From the human T2T-CHM13v2.0 reference genome, Homo sapiens: a stretch of DNA of 64,000 nt. The position numbers were made by a program, and so were the translations under genes. Positions within the stretch are counted from its first letter, which is position 1, and each line of letters starts with the position of its first letter. Below are positions 61,193-64,000 of the stretch, one piece after another. Location of the stretch: positions 3,104,001 to 3,168,000 of the forward strand of contig CP086569.2 in NCBI GenBank assembly GCA_009914755.4, given 5' to 3'. Under the pieces are notes generated by a model. That model had not been told where the DNA came from. It was given only the letters and a program-made list of their open reading frames with translations, and made no database searches.

Positions 61193-63684
61193 TAAACATG
61201 CAGCTACTGTATGGTTGGAAAGCCAGAAAAATTAACAGACAGCATTAAAAAACTATTATACAAAATTAAACATGCTAAAACAAAAGTCATTTAGAATAAT
61301 TACTGAGTCCACAGCAAATTATATATCTCTTTCCCATGTTATATTGTTTTGGAAAGTTATAGCATGTATTAGTATTTCATTCCCTTTCATCACAAAATAC
61401 CATCCCATTTATAACTATGTCATATTCCTTTATTCATTAATCAGCTTTTGGACATTTGAGTTGTATACTTTTTTATTATTTTGGAAGATGCTTCTATGAA
61501 GTATCATATCAGGTTTTTGTGTAAGCATAAATGTTCAACTCTCTGGAATGTATAGCTAAGTATTGAAATTGCTGGATCATATACTAATTATATATTTAGC
61601 ATTTAGAAAAATTAAAAAGTAGGTTTCCAAAGTAATTGTACAATTTTCCTATCCCACCAGTTATGTAGAGGAGTTGCAGTTCACCCACATCCTTGTCAAA
61701 ACTTGTTATTGTCTTTTATTATTATAGCCATCTTAGTGCATAACCAGTTTTGGTGCTTGTGAATTTTTCTAATAACTAATGATATTGAACGTCTTTTCAT
61801 GTATTTACTGGCCATTTGCGTAGCTTTGAAGAAATGTTTATTCACATCCTTTGCCCATTTAAAAATGAGTAATTTCTTTTTTTATTATTGAGTTTTCAGT
61901 ATTCTTTATATATTCCAGATACTAGTCTCTTATCAAATATATTGTCTACAAATAATTTCTTACATTTTGTAGGTTGTCTTTTGTTATATCATCAACTAAT
62001 AACTCTGTTGGTGAGGAAGGAATTCCCTAGAGTTATGGAGATGGCCAAACATATGACTGACTCTTGATAGATGAAATCGAGGGCAGTTTGTTTCTCACAT
62101 ACAAGCACAGCCACAGGAGAAGACACTGCATAACACACAGGACCACACAAGGGTTACATCCAGGAACAGAGTGAACAACCAGGAACTTTGAGAAACAGAT
62201 TTTTTAGTGTGAAGAGGGTGGGATGTCCCCTGTTTGCTGCAGGAGAATGTAATTGGTTTCTTTGCATAATTCTGTAGGCTGGTAGGGCACTGAAATCCAC
62301 TTATCAAGAATATACAGAAACTACTGCTGGTACTTTTCATAACGAGAATTGTTTTTTTCTGTTTTTGTGTGTGTGCATTTTTTTTTTCTGCTTTATCCAT
62401 GGGAGCAGAAGGGGAGGTGAACATGTAGTTAGGCCATTTGAAACACTAATGATGTTACCAGATACCAAGAAGGCACATAATATTGGACCTTTATTTTAGA
62501 CCTTAACCCACAATTGACCTTTGATTCCTTGGTATCAATTTAAACTCAATAATGGCTAAAACTTTTAGGGAGTAGGACAAGTGCATCCCTAGCGAATTTA
62601 GTGCATGAAATAGAGGAAGAAGGCCACATAATGAGGTAGTCATCAAAAAGAATGAATTTTAGAGGTATCTCTCTTTATGTCCAGTAAAAGAAATCGAGGG
62701 ACTTGTGTGACATTGGTGTAGGGAGAGCATGTCTCCAGGGCATGTGATTTGAGATTAATTAATGCCTCTGGCAATAATAACATCCATTGGGGTTCTCTTG
62801 GCCATTTGTCAGTTAACTAGTATCTCTGAGGATTTCATTATACTTCTCAATTAAACTTCTGCTTGAGACCTATAGGTGAAATGTAAAGTCCACTAAATAC
62901 CTTCTTTGAGAACCCAGAATTGTATATTCTGAGAGGTAAAAGTGCCTTGATCATGATCATTAATATCTGGAACTCAAAAAGATAAGTGTCCTGGTAAAGC
63001 CTTGTTTTACAGCCTTAGTAGTCTAGAGATATTCATAAACTTGATTAAAATTTTCGGTATATGTGAGTCAGGAAACTATGAGTGCTTTACCCCAAAGGGG
63101 GAAGCTCCTAGTCAGTGGCCCAGAATTAGTAAAATTTGCAAAACAGGACATTTGTTGGATAGGGCATCCAGTGCCAAGGTGACTACAAGAAGTTTGGCCA
63201 TTTGCATTGATCCTTGGGTCTTGTCCTTTAACAGGGATGTTCTGGTTAAGAATGGAAAGCAGTCACATTTCTCTGAGTTTCATCACCTATCATGGTGGTA
63301 ATATCTGTAAAGTGTTATGAACTTTGAAAGAAACCAAAATATTTCACTCCAAAATATATTTCTTTGACATATTTCAAGATGGCTATTTAAAAAGGTTGGA
63401 ATTTGCTGAAATGCTATCTTTTGTGGGAGAGATATGAATCTGTAGAAAAAAATCTCCATTGATGTAGTAAGGCTTTTTCTGAGGGCCTTCTCTTGTTTCT
63501 CATTCATATCTAAGAAATATTAACTGAGAGCCTGAAACTTTTAAAGTTTTGAAAGAAACACTTACCAACTATTCTCTCTAAGGGCCATACCTGTGATGTC
63601 TCATCTACATAACAGACTACTTCTTCTCTCTGTTTAGTATTTGTAATGCCACTATAACCTGTTTTGCCATGATTCAAGCCACCA

Positions 63685-63989
63685 TTTTTTTTTTTTTTTT
63701 TTGAGACAGAGTCTTGTTCTGTCACCCAGACTGGAGTGTAGTAGCATGGTCATAGCTCACTGCAGCCTTGACTTCCCGGGCTCAAGTAATCCTCTTACCT
63801 CAGCCTCCCAAGTAGCTTGGAAGACAGGCACACACCACCATGCTTGACTAATATATATTTTTTATTTTTTGTAGAGACACAGTCTCACTATGTTACCCAG
63901 GCTTGTCTCGAACTCCTGAGCTCAAGCGATCCTCTCACCTCAGCATCCTCAAATGCTGACATTACAGGAGTGAGCCACCACATGTGGTC
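63685..63989 (-). mobile_element. Alu SINE (older, AluJ/S-like), reverse strand, continuing to the window edge region
   Basis: An 18-nt poly-T is followed by gagacagagtcttgttctgtcacccagactggagtgtagtagcatggtcatagctcactgcagccttgacttcccgggctcaagtaatcct...ctgacattacaggagtgagccaccacatgtggtc, the reverse complement of the Alu consensus. Confidence 0.9.
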
Positions 63990-64000
63990 AAATCCTTTAT

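Overview
This is human (or very close hominine) nuclear genomic DNA, not a prokaryotic locus. It is AT-rich (roughly 37-38% GC by eye) and packed with primate interspersed repeats: Alu SINEs, many L1 LINEs on both strands, MaLR/ERVL LTR elements (THE1, MST, MLT2 types), a Tigger-like DNA transposon fragment, and numerous microsatellites. By my estimate well over half of the window is transposon-derived, with L1 alone contributing about 40%. I found no CRISPR array, no operon-like gene arrangement, no rRNA or tRNA gene, and no convincing cellular protein-coding exon. The only long ORFs are L1 ORF1 and ORF2, and the only CpG-rich segment is the 5'UTR of a young L1. The region looks like a gene-poor intron or intergenic L1-rich isochore. 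I therefore do not report a novel biological system.

The most notable objects are:
- a full-length, very young L1HS-like element (16747-22797) with an intact 5'UTR but a disabled ORF1 and ORF2;
- an L1 with a textbook twin-priming 5' inversion (38199-39890);
- an ERVL provirus remnant flanked by MLT2 LTRs that still carries a recognisable dUTPase motif block (29497-34149);
- full-length THE1 and MST MaLR elements, one with a clean 5-bp target-site duplication (TSD);
- an unclassified element with paired LTRs (44495-47548);
- an old L1 whose 5'UTR contains three tandem ~300-bp monomers and which hosts nested Alu and L1 insertions with clean TSDs;
- AT-rich palindromes.

Family names come from my memory of consensus sequences and coordinates are good to about +/-15 bp; RepeatMasker would settle both.
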